From Styela clava (Eukaryota): a stretch of DNA of 64,000 nucleotides. The first letter of the stretch is position 1; every line of letters starts with the position of its first letter. The notes under the pieces are model-generated. The model saw only the letters and a program-made list of their open reading frames with translations, did no database searches and was not told the DNA's origin. The translations under genes and the position numbers were made by a program. The stretch spans positions 14,198,001-14,262,000 of the forward strand of contig NC_135254.1 of assembly GCF_964204865.1 (NCBI RefSeq), in the 5' to 3' direction. This document shows, in pieces, positions 28,201-41,532 of the stretch.

Positions 28201-31200
28201 ATTGAGAACTGACTTCATAACAAAACTGGAAATTGTAAAAAGACTTTATATGAACACCCTGCAGGTTGAAACGAGAAACAAATCAATTTCGTGATAGTCC
28301 AAGTCCAAGTGCATGTGCAATCTAAAAGCAAATACATACCACCGAATCAGTATCAGCAGTACTAGGTTTTGAAAAACTTCTCTTTGTTGCATTGCTGATA
28401 AGTGGTTGTACCCCTGGTATTAGATAACTAGCTTGGGCAAGCGTTTCTTGATGTCGTTCATCCATCGATGTATAAGACAAGGTTTGAGGCTCTGTGGTTT
28501 CTGAAGCACTATAAAATAGAAACGGATATATATATAAATGAATATCTCTCTGAATATTATATTGTCAATAATTTATATGGAATGGACACTACAGCGCTTA
28601 CTAAAATGTAAAATAAATTACTAAAGACAAAAAGAAAGGTGAACCCACTGTGTTGAGGCAGTGAATTTGGCCAATCAATGGGCCACCAAGAATACATCAA
28701 CAACTAACAAGGAAAATGGAGATTTCAGATGGGAATTCAACATACAATATCAAATGCTTGTTTCAATGATTTAATATCACCAATATCAAGTTTGCAATTA
28801 TTTATCCAATATGGCCTTTGCATTCCTACCGAAACAGTAACGATATGTAGGCCCTACTCTTCTATCCAAAAATCTATCATTTTACCTGGATGTGTTGTCT
28901 TCGGAAACAGTTTCTCTTTGTCTCCTACAGATGACAGAATGACCTTTTCAAACAAAATAATCAGTCAAAAATACATAAAAATTTATTGATAATACAAGTC
29001 AATAAAATTTGGAATTCCTAATCAAACAACAACTACATTGGGATACTATAACAATTTAATGTCTTGCAACATATCATTGAATTGAAATCTAATCTGAAAA
29101 TATACGTCACACTGACTCATTCATGATTATTTAATGAGAAGAGAGCACAGTAGTATATATATGATAAGAGCATTATTTGCTAGAAGTGTGTTGACATCAC
29201 AATATATGATGAGGCGGTTACACATAGGCTACCTATTTTAACGAAACGAATTGCCTATTCAATCTATTACACGCTGGTTGAGGTGGTTGTGGTTTGAATC
29301 AAAGATCTTAAACATACAATGTAACAGTGACATTACAACACGATAAGTGTTGGTGTTGAATAGCCTCTTTGAATTAATGGAAGTCGGCGGATAGGAAAGT
29401 CAGCTTATAACAACCATGAAGAATATTGCCCTACATTTTCGTGTATAGTGGCCAAAATCATGAAGAAAAATGTATCCCTAACAACATATTCGACAAATGC
29501 CTAAGGCACAATTTTGCGGAAAAATACAACTCGTGTTGATGAGTGCAGAATTGTTGTAGCACAGTCAGAAACATGTATTTCTACTTTTCCATTATGATTC
29601 GATTGTATGATTCAGACCATGATAATAATACAGAACCTAAAGAATAAGAAATACACAACTAAACGCACAACTCTTAGGTAAAACACTTACCCAAAGGAGA
29701 CACGACGTCCTGAAGAGCATTCGTTTCAAGGTAGTGAAAAAGATTCCCAAGAAAAGCCATGATATTGACATTCATGTTCATATGTGGTGAACAATAAAGA
29801 AAATCTACAGCATGCAATATAGTAGGACTTATGGCATTCAGGTTAGATTTAGTGTGTGGAAGTAATATATCGTTACAAAAATTAATACTGAGTTGAAGAT
29901 TGTGCCATGCATCTGCCATTGAAATCGGATCTTTCATTGATATATCTGAAGAGAAGAAAGCAATGTTCTAAAATATATGGATACGTAGGTCACATGACAA
30001 ATACCTTGACAATTTAAAAAACATTCAAGCCATATTCCAAAAAAATTGTTTGGGATATACAACATTTAAATTTTTTTATACATGTATCTCTACACCTTTC
30101 ACTTCAAACAGGACTCAAGCACAAGAAGACACTGCTAGGCTTAGGGCCTACTGTGGTTTGAAAGAACCGGTTTTGCCTGCCCGATTCATTACACACACGC
30201 TGGGTCAGGTGCATGGAGTTTGGACAAATAGCAAGGTGTGCTCGCGTACCATAAAAATCAGAATATTGGGTGAAATATGGAGCTCCGTTAGACTGGAAAA
30301 ATACGAACGTTACAGCTTCATAGCGTAGTACTAAAATTTGAAATCTTTCATTCTACTAGTTTCCGACAAGCAATATTTTTTCATTACCATAACAACAGAA
30401 ATTTAGCAAAACGATCTATAAATCTATCGAATGTCCAGTGAGAAAATAATAGTATTTCTGTAAAATTAGCAGATTTATTTATTATACAAGCTTTATGGCA
30501 TGTTAGTTCCTCTATAACACTGCATTAGATCAATTTATTGACATTTGTTTTGTCAGTACATTCCAATGCATACCGCAACGATGCATGGAATGGGTGTGAC
30601 ATAGCATTGTTTATTCAGACTATACTATCGAATCGAACATGGAAACTCTTTACAGTTTTATCAAATGTGAATAACAAAGAATCCAAAATATCACATCATA
30701 ACAGGAATGACTGTAAATTCAGCAAAAAACATGACACAGAAAAGAAGAGAAAAAATACAGTGAAAAAAATTGTTAAAGCAGCAGAATTTAAGTAATTTCA
30801 GTTTGTAATAAAAAATTGTATACCTGTCATCAATTTAATGCACCCATATAAAAAAAATTAAAACCTCGAAAACAGCTAATGAAAGTTATAAAATATTAGA
30901 AATTTTAAGAAAAGCGTCCATAAACCTCCTAAATAAGTGACAAAAACAAGAAGTCCAAACCTTGAAAAGATATAAAACTGGAACAATAATAGTGTAATAA
31001 GAGAGCGATTGCTCGACCATCATACAGATCATCAGTAAGTTTAGAGATCAAAGGAAATTGGCTATCATCTTCTCGTGGCTGTCCGAATGTGTGCTGTGAA
31101 AAAAATAAAATTAATAATGTATGAAAATACGGACAAGATAGAGCTAGATTGTTTGAGATGCTTCACAGCAGCTAAACTTTCAATATATGGAGGGTTGAAT

Positions 31201-34200
31201 ACTGTTTTTATATCACGTTTTACACGCCTTTTGCTCCAAATAAGGCCCTGTACACGCAGCCATTGCTATATAAAAGGGTTACTATTTTTGGTAAAACTGG
31301 AATCCTTACAGTTTGGCATTGACTACCTAATTTATTACACCCTGAATGAAGTGGTGAGCATGAAATTTGAACCTAAATATGTAGCCAACGATGCCAATAC
31401 AGTTAAATTCAATGCTTTTTTTAACTGCTAAGTCATTTACAAATAATTCAACCCATTAATGTCAAGAATGAACAAGATTACAGAAGTAGGCTATTTTAAT
31501 ATCAGTTAGATTCTGTAAAATTTAGATACTAGGATTATTTTACATTATTTTCAATCAAAAACTTGTCTAAAAACAGATAAAAGTCAATTTGCTTCAAATT
31601 ACAGAATGGTCTGATTTTCATGAAAAATCATTGTTTTGAAAGGCATTTGCAATAATAAATGATTATTTAATTAAGTAATGGATATCATTGCATAATATTG
31701 AAAATGCACTGCCATGGTCTTAAATCATGTAAAAAAATCATGTAATGGACAATGGTTGAAAATCAATAGTGAATAGCATAGGCGTCTGACATCCAAAATG
31801 ATAAGTAATTGATCCTAAAGATCACAAGTGGGAACAATAATCCCCTTCACCAAAAACCATACTTATATCATCATTTCCTCAATTGGCTGTTTACAAACAA
31901 CTAAAAATAGATGAAGTTAAGTATTGCAGTTTTCCACCTTATTTTCAAATATTACACCAGGCTATTGCCGGTATATGACTATATAGGTTCAAATGGGTTC
32001 AGAAAAGCTTCCTCGAGTTCTTTCTAATGCATGTGTATATTCCTAGTTTAACCCTTTATGTTGTGTTATAAATAACACATATAATAATATTATTCTTAAG
32101 ATGATTGAAAGGATCAGGACTTTATTGAACCTGATCCTATTGATCACAGATTATAGCTTTAATGAGTTTATTTTTCCAACTATATATTGCTATAAACCAA
32201 TCATGGTTTTCTATGACTATGAAACATATTCAAATTTCTTTCAATTTTTGTCATATTATGATATGTGTTACAATGATATATATGGAAAAATACTTGGAAT
32301 ACAAGATTTTATACACAGTAAACTAATGCATTAACTACCAAATTACATGCATAATGTCACAAAAATTACATTCATGCTATAATACAGGGTGACCCAGAAA
32401 GACAGGACCCATGCCATTTGGAATCTATTCTAAAGAGAACATTTGTGAACTTTTGTGTTAAGCTTCCTAGCATACTAAAACTTTTGGGTACAATGATACA
32501 CAAACAGAAATTCAAGTGTTAAATAATTTTTATTTTCATTTTCATAGGAGTAATCAAGAAAGTCATGAGCTCTGTTACTTGGGGTCGCCCTATACATATC
32601 AATTCCAGTCTGTAAGTTCAACACAAAACCATTCAAGGAACATATATTAGTAGTTACTGAGAATACATATTTTACAAATTCTTTTTGATCAGGGGTGTAT
32701 ACCTTTTTTGTTGGAGGGCTATATAACCACTTTCAGACATCTAGCTGGGCCACACAAAAGATTAAGTTTTTCCATGTATACAACGAATTAAAAAAATTAC
32801 CACAATGCAAGATTTAACACAGCGACAAGAGTTAAGAAGCATCATGTATATCTACCCATAAACTGTCGGATTAGGATTTTACGTTTGGAGAAAAAGCTGA
32901 GAGTTGACAAGGACCACATTAAATGTGTGGTTTATTATTTGCCTGTTGCCCACCCCTGCTTTTAAATAACCATTGTTGCTTTCATTTAAAATCATATTTG
33001 GCCTTTCAGAAAGTGTTCTATAAAATGAGTTTTCATTCATAGGCCATGCAGAAACAATCATTCTTGACAAGACAAACAATCACTGAAACTCATCATCTTA
33101 GATGATTTATTTTCATATGAACAATCGAAAGATATTAAATAAACTCTGACCAACATCAATTACGACATGTAACTCACACGTAGTAGTCTATGAAACCACT
33201 GGTAAATAGATAACAAATATTTGAAGTGCCTGGCTATCAAAACGAGAGCAACTTGATCTTTAATGAGAGTCTTTTTGACTCGTTCAAGTTTAAAAAAACT
33301 TTATCACAGAAATTATATCTATAACATGTGTTTTGAGCTGTTAGTAAATCTGGTGTTATTAATACTTAATGAATAGTGTGATATACTTAGAGTTTTCTGT
33401 GTCAACTCAAGTTAATCTGTTTCGATGAGAAAGAGAGAAAAAGCACACAGATTGCAATTAAATGAATTTCTACAGAGACATTTTTACATCCGAAATAAAT
33501 TAAAACTGCACCATATAAAAAATACCAAAATTTAACCAAATTGACCAAAATAGATAAATTGTAATTGAAACCAAACACAACTAGAGTCATTGATTAGAAA
33601 TATATTTGCTTCTTATTTGCCTACCTTGTCTGATTCCAATGCATTTCTTTGGATGATGTGAACCTTCTGTGATACCTGTGAACAATAATAGTTTTCATTA
33701 TTACTTTTCATTATTATCGATCTTGATCGGTAAGTATGTTGATAGGTATTTGACTGTTTGTCTGTCTGTTAGATGCACGCGATATCTCACGAAAGCGAGG
33801 TTGAATCTGCTTCAAATTTTGCATGTGTATTCATCATATCTCGGACCAGAAGCCTATTGATTTTGGATGAATTATGTCGTATAATTAGCGAGTTATTAAT
33901 TAATTAGTGATGGGACACGCGGTGTCACTATAGAGTCATAAATCGAAACCGCAGTTTCGATCGTGAGTCTTCGGTCTCCGACCGATATTCTCGTTAATAT
34001 ATTAGGCTTGGTGGAAAATCAGAATACAACACAATATTCTCTTGAGGGGTCAAGTGTATAAACTCCTATTACAGCATTTAGAGTGATGTATTTATCGTAA
34101 CCAAAATTGTGGAAATGGCCGTAATCAAAAAATTCCGCAAAACAATAATTTCTTAAATTTTTTAACTTCATAGCTTATCCAAGAATGCTATACAAATCTC

Positions 34201-37200
34201 AGCTACAATCAAAGAATCCATAATAACAACATACATACAGGGTCTTTCCTGTGAAGTCCTCAAAATAAAATAAATTTTGTTATGAAGTCAGTTCTCTAAT
34301 GTAATTTAACCAGGTCTGTTATATTTTAATCAGTGTTTATTTGAGCATTTTCATTTCTTTTAATACACCTGAAGGGGCCAACAAACTATAAATGGAGAAT
34401 TATTTCGGTTAATTAAAAAAATTTAATACGAACATCATGTATAATTTTTTTGATATTACCTTGTTGAGCCATAACATAAAAGCTTCTTCCAAATTATCAG
34501 GTGATTCCTTTGATGCACTGAATTCAGAAAACTTTCGAACAGTCGTCACCAATGAATTGACTGAAGCCAGTTTAGTTAACGTATGCGCCTTCATTAGAAT
34601 GTCAATAATCTTTATATGAGAAAACTAAAAAAATAGAAAAATATTTAAAATATTTTTACTGTAGTAGAGCAGGGTTTCTCAAAATGGGACCTTGAAGCGG
34701 TTATCTGGAATCCACAAGCAAAGACCATATCCAATGACTACATTAATTCAGAAGATAGTTAACATGGATTTGTCCTGTTTTTTTATTGTAATGCATTTAT
34801 TCATCATTCATTTTAATCATCAAACGTGCCGATAATATAACAGATGAAAACTCATTAAAAACAAAACTACTGTAAGTGTATCTATAGAAGAGCAGGAGGC
34901 CATGGCATATTGAGAGTCTTTGAAGGGGGCTATGAAACTACAAATAGACACAGACAATGCTTAGATAGAAGATAAAATCAAATATTTGAAATTCTTGGTA
35001 TGCTACTGATAAAAAAATTATTTTGTATGGTCCCAGAGAGCTAAGCTTGATCAATCTCAATTTTTCAAACATGTGGAATGAAATCTATTAAGAACAAAAA
35101 AGCTATCCACTGCAATAATTCCCTTCACCCAATAAAATAGCCTCACATACTTCAGTACTGAGCAACCTATAACCAAAAGATTTTTGTTACCCACCAATGC
35201 AAGAGGCATTCTTCGTAAATGATCTGCTCTTATAAGTGAATCAGAATCATCCAATACATATATTCCTCGACTGCATAATATCTGAATCACATCTTCATGA
35301 GATCGAAGTAATTCCTTTACATCAAATAGTTGTTCTGTAATCCTGCAATATGGTTCCCCTAAAATAAAAGTAAATAATATTACCTCAAATTGAATCAGAA
35401 ACTTCATTTTGAGTATGCAGATCTTGGCATATCAGTTGCTGCTTGTAAGAATAATCAAAGATGAGTCTCAACTACTTCTGCGAGTTTGAGTGTGAACTTG
35501 TCTCGAGTTTTTTATATTTTTTATACCATGGTTATTCCATGTCTTTACCCATGAACAAGGCCCTGTAGAAAGATCCACTGGAGCTACTGATTTTCAGGAC
35601 CAAAATCGCTTCGGTTCGGCATTGCCTGTCCAATTTACTTAACTCTGGATGAGATGGTGAGCATGGAATTTGAAACCGAGAAATGCATGATTGATTCGAT
35701 GTGTGTGCCTGTTTTGGGAAACAATTGAAACGAGGTTTCATCGCTCCCTTTTTTGCTTTTAATTTCAGTCAGAGCAAGAAAACATTTTCACAGAGCCATG
35801 GAGATACAAATGGCCAGATTAATTCGATGAATTATGCACAGTCAAAACTCGTACAAACTTGCTTGCCTGTTAGCCCAACTAGGCGCGCAAGTCAACATGG
35901 TGAAAGATGGACGTCTTGTTTGAATATACATTGAACATACCAATACAATTATAGCGTGGCAATTACCCTTACTACAACGACAAGGCAAATGCAATGATGT
36001 TATCAGTCTAATAATGGATAATGCGCACTCAAGTCTTTCCCGTCGCATGCATGCCTATATGTGTAATATGAAAAGCCTATTTTCTAAAACTCCAAAAAGC
36101 TCTGCGGCACACCTGAGAATCTCTCACGGCACACTAGTGTGCCGCGGCACACAGTTTGAGAAACACTGTGCTAGGCCAACTGAGCCACTAAGGCTAATTT
36201 TCTCTCAAAATATAACTAAAATTCATCAGACACTTACCACTACATAATAAAGAAGCAATTGTCTTCTTGACACCTCCATCACATTCAAATATATGTTCAA
36301 TATCACATCTTGGAATATATTTTGGTATATCTTCATTTTGATATGCATGTGTTATTACCCAATGTACTGAGCAGCGTACCTGAAGGTTTAAAAAGACATT
36401 TGAAAAGACCACTGAAAGGTACGTACAATAAATGCCATACTGGTTAATAATAAGTACCATATATCCTCGCACATAAACAGAATTTAAAACCCCCAAAAAA
36501 ATTGCCAAACTAAGGGGTCGGCCTACACATGCATAATTCTGATCACACTGAAAATTCTTATATGCGCACAACTCTGATCGCACTAAAGGTGGGTCGTACA
36601 ACCCGTTGCCCGCGGGCCACATGTGGCCCGCTGAGGAGTTTCGAGTGGCCCCCGCTGTATTTTCGGAATTAAATTTAAAAAAATTTAGTAAAACTTCTAT
36701 TTTTCGAGTGATGTAGTTAATATGAAGATATGATACAAACAATTTGTTCATTTTCCTGAAATGCGCTCTGCTAGCGCTTTCAAACGAGCCATGAGTGCCA
36801 TCAGCAACTGGAAGATATCGATACATTGTAACAAATTAACCAATAATTTGGATAATGGAAGTCAAATTCTATATAATAATTGACGTAATCGAAATATTGA
36901 AGAGATCTTTCTAGTCTTCCTCGTGTATGAGAAAATGGATATTTTCCCATGTCGGGTGACCCATAAACAACCGAAATATTGAAGAGATCTTTCTAGATCA
37001 TTCGAAATATTGAGTCTAGATCTTTCTCGTGTATGAGAAAATGGATATTTCCCATGTCAGGTAACCTATAAACAAGTGTAATTATTGTAAGAAGGGTACC
37101 GAACATGCTAGATATGAGCAAAAATTGCTCCGTGGGAAACGAGATTTTTGGATAATAAAGAAAGGTACCGTTTTTGGCGAGCGAGATGAAAAAGATGTTA

Positions 37201-38671
37201 CCGCTTAAATAGACATTTTGATCGTGGTTTGCCCCGGCTTTTCTATTTCAATTCGTTCGATACAGCAGCCCGGCTTTTCTATTTCAATTCGTTCGATACA
37301 GCAACCGGCTTTTCTACTTCAATTCGTTCGATACAGCAACCGGCTTTTCTATTTCAATTCGTTCGATGCAACAATGCTAATTCATCACCGACTTGGTTTT
37401 CACGATTGTGAGTGTGTTTTATTGTAAGTAAATTTATTGTGATATATTATCCGTGGAAATAAAAATCTTTACAGGCAAATTGGTCAGATCCTTACTGTTA
37501 TATAAAATTAACAGATATCTCAAATTTGAACACGTAACCTACTATATATTCTGTTTTTGGAGTCAGATACTTCTCTAATTCGCTTAATTAGAAAGCAAAG
37601 ACACCAGAAGTTACAACATAAATAGTAGCTTACACACTTGGGCAGAATGGCAGTTTTAATGACCTCATTATTTGGCAGCACGTACTCGTACAAGCAAGTT
37701 TTTTCACAGATGAACCATGTCAAATCCCCTGTGAGATCACTAATTTCTGACAGTCATATAAAAAATTCGCTTCGCATTGCTACATCGTCCATTTCAGCGA
37801 ATATTGGAAAATTTGTTAGTGAAAAAAAGTGCCAAACTTCACACTAAAATATCTACGTGTAGAAAAAACTTTGTTGACTTTACTGTATCTTCGTTTTTTT
37901 ATTGTTCTTATTATTGAGAAAGTTTGGTGCGAGGGTTTTGTTCGTTTTTTCATCAACTTTTAGTCAGTGTAGCAAAACTAGAACATAATTACCATGTTAG
38001 GTGGGCCGCGCAATTATTAGTAAACTAAATGTGGCCCGTCAGACAAAAAGGTTGGCCAACCATGCACTAAAGGGTTGGCTTATACGCTCATAACTCTGAT
38101 CGCACTCAAACGAAATGATATTATGCTAACTTGATTCCAACATCTACAGCTCGAACGATTCAAAGGGTCAGCTTATACAGTTACATGCTAATTTTTATGA
38201 ATTTAATGTTTTAGGTTGAGGGTAGGCTCATATGCAAGGATATACAAATTACAAATACAATTCAAATATTTCATGTCAAAATATGAAATAGGCTACACAA
38301 CCTCTTGTTTTGAGCAAACCTTATAATCAAAAGAGTTCAAAATTTGGTACTATCTCGTTACCACAACTAATTTCTGATCAGTTTTCTTTGATTCTGTTCA
38401 TCTTCAGATCTTAGGATAGGTTAAATTATTGCCACACATTCTTCAGTTCTTACTCTACCCACACTGAAAGTGAAAATGCCGATGGGAAGCTTAGTAGTGT
38501 GGCAATAACAAGGTACCAGTTTTCAGAAAAATCACCTATACAAATACGGGAGGTTATTTCTGTACTCCTGTACCGTATTCCGTTAATAAACATATCTGCA
38601 CATTCAGACATTACAAGTCTGCTCACCTTTGCACTTTTCCCATCATATTCAGTTAAGGTTGGAATTTCCAT
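10253..38671 (-). CDS. CAMSAP: CAMSAP/Patronin microtubule minus-end binding protein (CH domain, coiled coils, C-terminal CKK domain), about 33 coding exons
   Basis: N-terminal exons: 38627-38671 (MEIPTLTEYDGKSAK), 36238-36379, 35195-35358 (SRGIYV), 34460-34624 (FSASKESPDNLEEAFMLWLNK), 33625-33675, 30961-31093 (DGRAIALLLHYYC), 29691-29945 (ISMADAWHNLQL), 28886-28943, 28340-28508 (ISNATKRSF), 27108-27316, 26382-26527, 25508-25647 (LANVAMD). Middle exons include 21165-21357 (KIEERRKYIE coil), 18413-19219, 17709-17889, 16521-16640, 15248-15404 and 14261-14450. C-terminal exons: 12006-12081 (EWDNQSASS..EYTG) and CKK exons 11622-11740 (PKLYKQPSSKSNK), 10985-11105 (HFMILFRDAKCQFRALY), 10253-10419 (KYNSGRKAF..SVSIDAITI). 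Splice phases were consistent where checked. Confidence 0.95.
11865..11996 (-). mobile_element. tRNA-derived SINE
   Basis: Minus strand GGTGGCCAAGTGGTTAA (A-box-like)...GGGTTCAAATCCC (B-box-like), followed by a body ending GGCAATGCGAA shared with copies at ~19547-19650, ~35600-35700 and ~58260-58380. Confidence 0.6.
13243..13434 (-). mobile_element. MITE family A copy (CAMSAP intron)
   Basis: Reverse-complement match to 5616-5826. Confidence 0.8.
16672..17686. repeat. Tandem minisatellite, ~35-bp unit (TTTTTCTTAACCCTGAGTCAGGAGTCAGAGTCATA), roughly 28-30 diverged copies
   Basis: Direct reading. It occupies nearly all of CAMSAP intron 16641-17708. The GGAGTCG/AGAGTC motif also occurs in dispersed repeats at ~8160, 10700, 13100, 22300 and 46920. 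Confidence 0.95.
25972..26177 (+). mobile_element. MITE family A copy (CAMSAP intron)
   Basis: Near full-length match to 5616-5826 with both ends. Confidence 0.85.
33695..33995 (+). mobile_element. DINE-1/HINE-like (Helentron-associated) non-autonomous element
   Basis: (CTGT)n microsatellite; 3' stem-loop TCGGTC-TCC-GACCGA followed by TTCTCGTT; second copy inverted at 48780-49087. Confidence 0.65.
37234..37372. repeat. Tandem repeat, 35-36 bp x ~4, inside the hAT element
   Basis: CCGGCTTTTCTATTTCAATTCGTTCGATACAGCAA units starting at 37234, 37270, 37305 and 37340. Confidence 0.95.
37638..37847 (+). pseudogene. hAT transposase dimerisation-domain remnant
   Basis: FGSTY.cEq.FS.M...KS..RS.l.D.H....LRIA...CQ.SH pattern of GTF2IRD2/SPIN-type transposases; the conserved CE is degraded to YK. 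Confidence 0.85.
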
Positions 38672-39091
38672 TTCACAGTTTTAATATGACCTTGTAGCTG
38701 GCAACTGGTCACTGTATTCTGGTATTCAGGTATTATATCACAGTACAGCAGTATCAGGAGCAAATCAATGTAGTGTTACCGGTACTATTATACTGTACAT
38801 TCTTATGACAACCTGTGTAATTGCAAATTTATATTTAAATTTATTTGAGATAAAAATTTAATGATAACCAGTGCTTCAGTACCGGTACCGAACTTACAAG
38901 ATTTTGTTTATCAGTTCACTGGTTTACATGAACTTCTGAATCTGGCATTCGTTTTTCAGTTTCACCAATCACACATTTGTTTTATTTCAGCAATAAGTCA
39001 TTTACCAAATTTTATTGTGAACGATTTCATTCGTCAGTTTCAGAAATATACAAAATTGCTAATTCGCGTATAGGTACCGTTATACCGTACC

Positions 39092-41532
39092 TTTTTTTTT
39101 TTTTTTGCCAAATAGAATTCCAGTGCCAATATGAAATTCAATTATTTGTCCATTTTGTCCAAATGAAAGTGAATTAATATTATTTATGTGTATTTCCAAT
39201 TTTGGTTACAGTAATTGATATCGGAATACAATCGCATGGTTTGAATTCCGTTTTAATGAAGAAAAGTCATTTTACAATTTAAATATACAATACCCATACA
39301 TTTACATTCACATATTCAATATCAGCAATTCATTGTTTGTAGTTCCAATTGATTTAGTTGATTGTTGTCCCAATTGTCATCATCGTGAATGTTATTAAAT
39401 TTATTTTATATTAGCATGGAAAAGCAAAATTTATAAATATTAGACAGCAAATTTGAACACCTATCATGCTAATAGGATTTTCCTATTTCCTGTCCAAGTA
39501 AATGTTATTATTCAACTCTAACATAAAAAATTATCCATCAGACACCCAAATAAACATATCATATAGAAAATACAACAATTTATGCTTATGTTTACCACCT
39601 ATGTAAACCAAATATTTTCAAATCATTATAGACTTTATGTGTAGGTTATCCACTATTCCTTCATTGAGAAGATCTTGTCTATCAACATCAGACATTAATT
39701 TAATAACGCCCAAAATCTTACATTTTAAAATAGCACGTATATCACATTGCATCTGATATATATTGTCATATTTTACTTTATTCCTATATTCCCATATAGC
39801 TGACTTTCCACAATGGGTTATTAACAGTTTAGCATCACTTTGAAAATTATTAGAAATAATTTTCTCCCCATTCCATTCTATGTTACTCCATTCCCAAAAG
39901 TCGATTACCCACTCACAATTACAAAATAAGTGCATACATGTTTCCTCATATCTATTACACAATACACATAATCCATTTTCATTGTTAAACCAATGTTTCA
40001 ACTTAACACCCGTTGGTAACCCATTATGAGAAATTTTCCAGCTCAAGATTTTATACTTGTTAGGTATTTTGCATTTCCAAATATTCATCCAATTAATTGG
40101 TATATTCAAATTATATTTTTGTGCTACATGAATGTCATGTCGTGTAGCAATTTCTCTAATTTTCATACTTTTTAGTAAGTTACTTATTTTTTTTGTAGTT
40201 AATTCTTCAGAACCAACATATCTATAAATTTCAGGTCTATTTTCCTCTATATTATGGTTATTTGCTAAGATCTCTTTCCAATTCAAAGGTAATCTGTTCC
40301 AAACTTGTTGACTTTCAGGGGAAAATTTATTTAAATAATATTGTCTTCTTCGGCTATCCCTAATTTGAGTAATGGAGTATATCCTACTTGCCAATGTATA
40401 AGGAGTATTATTTAAAATATCTGCCACCGAAATGACCTTTGCTTGGATCCATTTAGTTGAGAAATGAAAATTTTGATCAGGAATTAAAGGATTATACCAC
40501 AATATTTCATTTTTAACCTCATTTGCATATAATGGATGACTTCTTTCTAGTTGAATATCTTTGAATGAGTTAATTATAGAAGTATAGAAAGTTGGGATTG
40601 CTGTTATTTTTTCAAATCTTACATTTAAATACAAGCATTCTAATTTATCATGAGTCAAGATATGAAATAACTAGCTCCCTGGCTCCATGGCCTATTCTCT
40701 TGATTGAGTAATTTAAATATCCATTTGATCTGAATGGCCTTTAATTGACTTCTGAGGTCCATCATATTTAGACCACCAGATGTAAAACTACCAGATACAA
40801 TTTGTCTACCCACTAACTGGGGTTTATTGTGCCAAATGAATTTCTAAATGATGGATTCTAATTTTTTAATAAATGTTTCAGGCATAATTTCATAGTTAGC
40901 AATGTGCCACACTTTGGATAACATTAATGCTTTCAATATTAGACATTTTCCTATCATAGTTAAATTCCTACCCTGCCACAAATTTATTACACTTTGTATA
41001 GAATTAGTTATTTTTATCCAGTTTTTATCTCGTGATATGATACTATTTCCTATGAATGTTCCTAAAATTTTTAGTTCCTGTGTGATTTGGATACCTTTAT
41101 ATGTAGATCCTATATTCCAATGTTTAGCTGACCCGCACAACATGATATTACACTTAGAAATGTTTATTTTCAACCCTGTAGCTTTTTCAAAAATTTTCAT
41201 CAAATCCAATACTGCATCTAATGATCTTAAATTTTCTACTGTTACTATGGTGTCGTCAGCAAATCCCATATATACTTCCCTTGTTCCTGTGCAATTTTTA
41301 AAACCTTCAATTCTACTATTACACCTGATATTGCAGGCTAATAGTTCAGCCATTATTAAATATAATAGAGGCGCAAGTGGACAACCTTGTCTTAACTCCA
41401 CACGCTCCACATAAAATTCCTTTGACATGAAACCATTTGTTATAATTTTTGCCCTTGTGTTATTAAGAAGAGTATAAACCCATTTTATGAAAAAGTTTCC
41501 AAATTTTAGTTTTTTTAATAATTTGAATAAGG
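39092..41532 (-). mobile_element. 5'-truncated L1/Tx1-clade non-LTR retrotransposon (RT C-half, zf-RVT, ~500-nt 3' UTR, poly(A))
   Basis: RT motifs LRQGCPLAPLLY, YMGFADD, FEKATGLKINISK, ILGT; zinc knuckle CVLC..EETCMHLFCNC. Poly(T) 39092-39106 on + strand. TSD TATACCGTACC(T) at 39081-39091 and 41533-41543. One nonsense codon (40844-40846) and one frameshift near 40670. Confidence 0.93.

Larger units (their letters stand above)
36589..38064 (+). mobile_element. Internally deleted hAT transposon (SPIN/Buster/GTF2IRD2-like) in CAMSAP intron 1
   Basis: TSD CACTAAAG (36581-36588, 38065-38072); subterminal GTGGCCC repeats; transposase C-terminal remnant 37638-37847 (SLFGSTYSYKQVFSQMNHVKSPVRSLISDSHIKNSLRIAT...KCQTSH). 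Confidence 0.85.

Noticed and set aside
32102-32146. 17-bp hairpin as a pre-miRNA
   Set aside because: The arms are too short, there is no lower stem, and it pairs best on the strand antisense to the host gene.
36194-36826. 210-aa ORF as a standalone gene
   Set aside because: Only 36238-36379 is a CAMSAP exon; the rest is read-through into MITE and hAT sequence.
37234-37372. 35-36 bp repeats as CRISPR; ORFs 37218-37427 and 37229-37411
   Set aside because: Contiguous tandem duplication inside a hAT element; the ORFs are by-products.
39618-41428. Active autonomous retrotransposon or domesticated RT
   Set aside because: Truncated within the RT, lacks the endonuclease and ORF1, and carries a stop and a frameshift.
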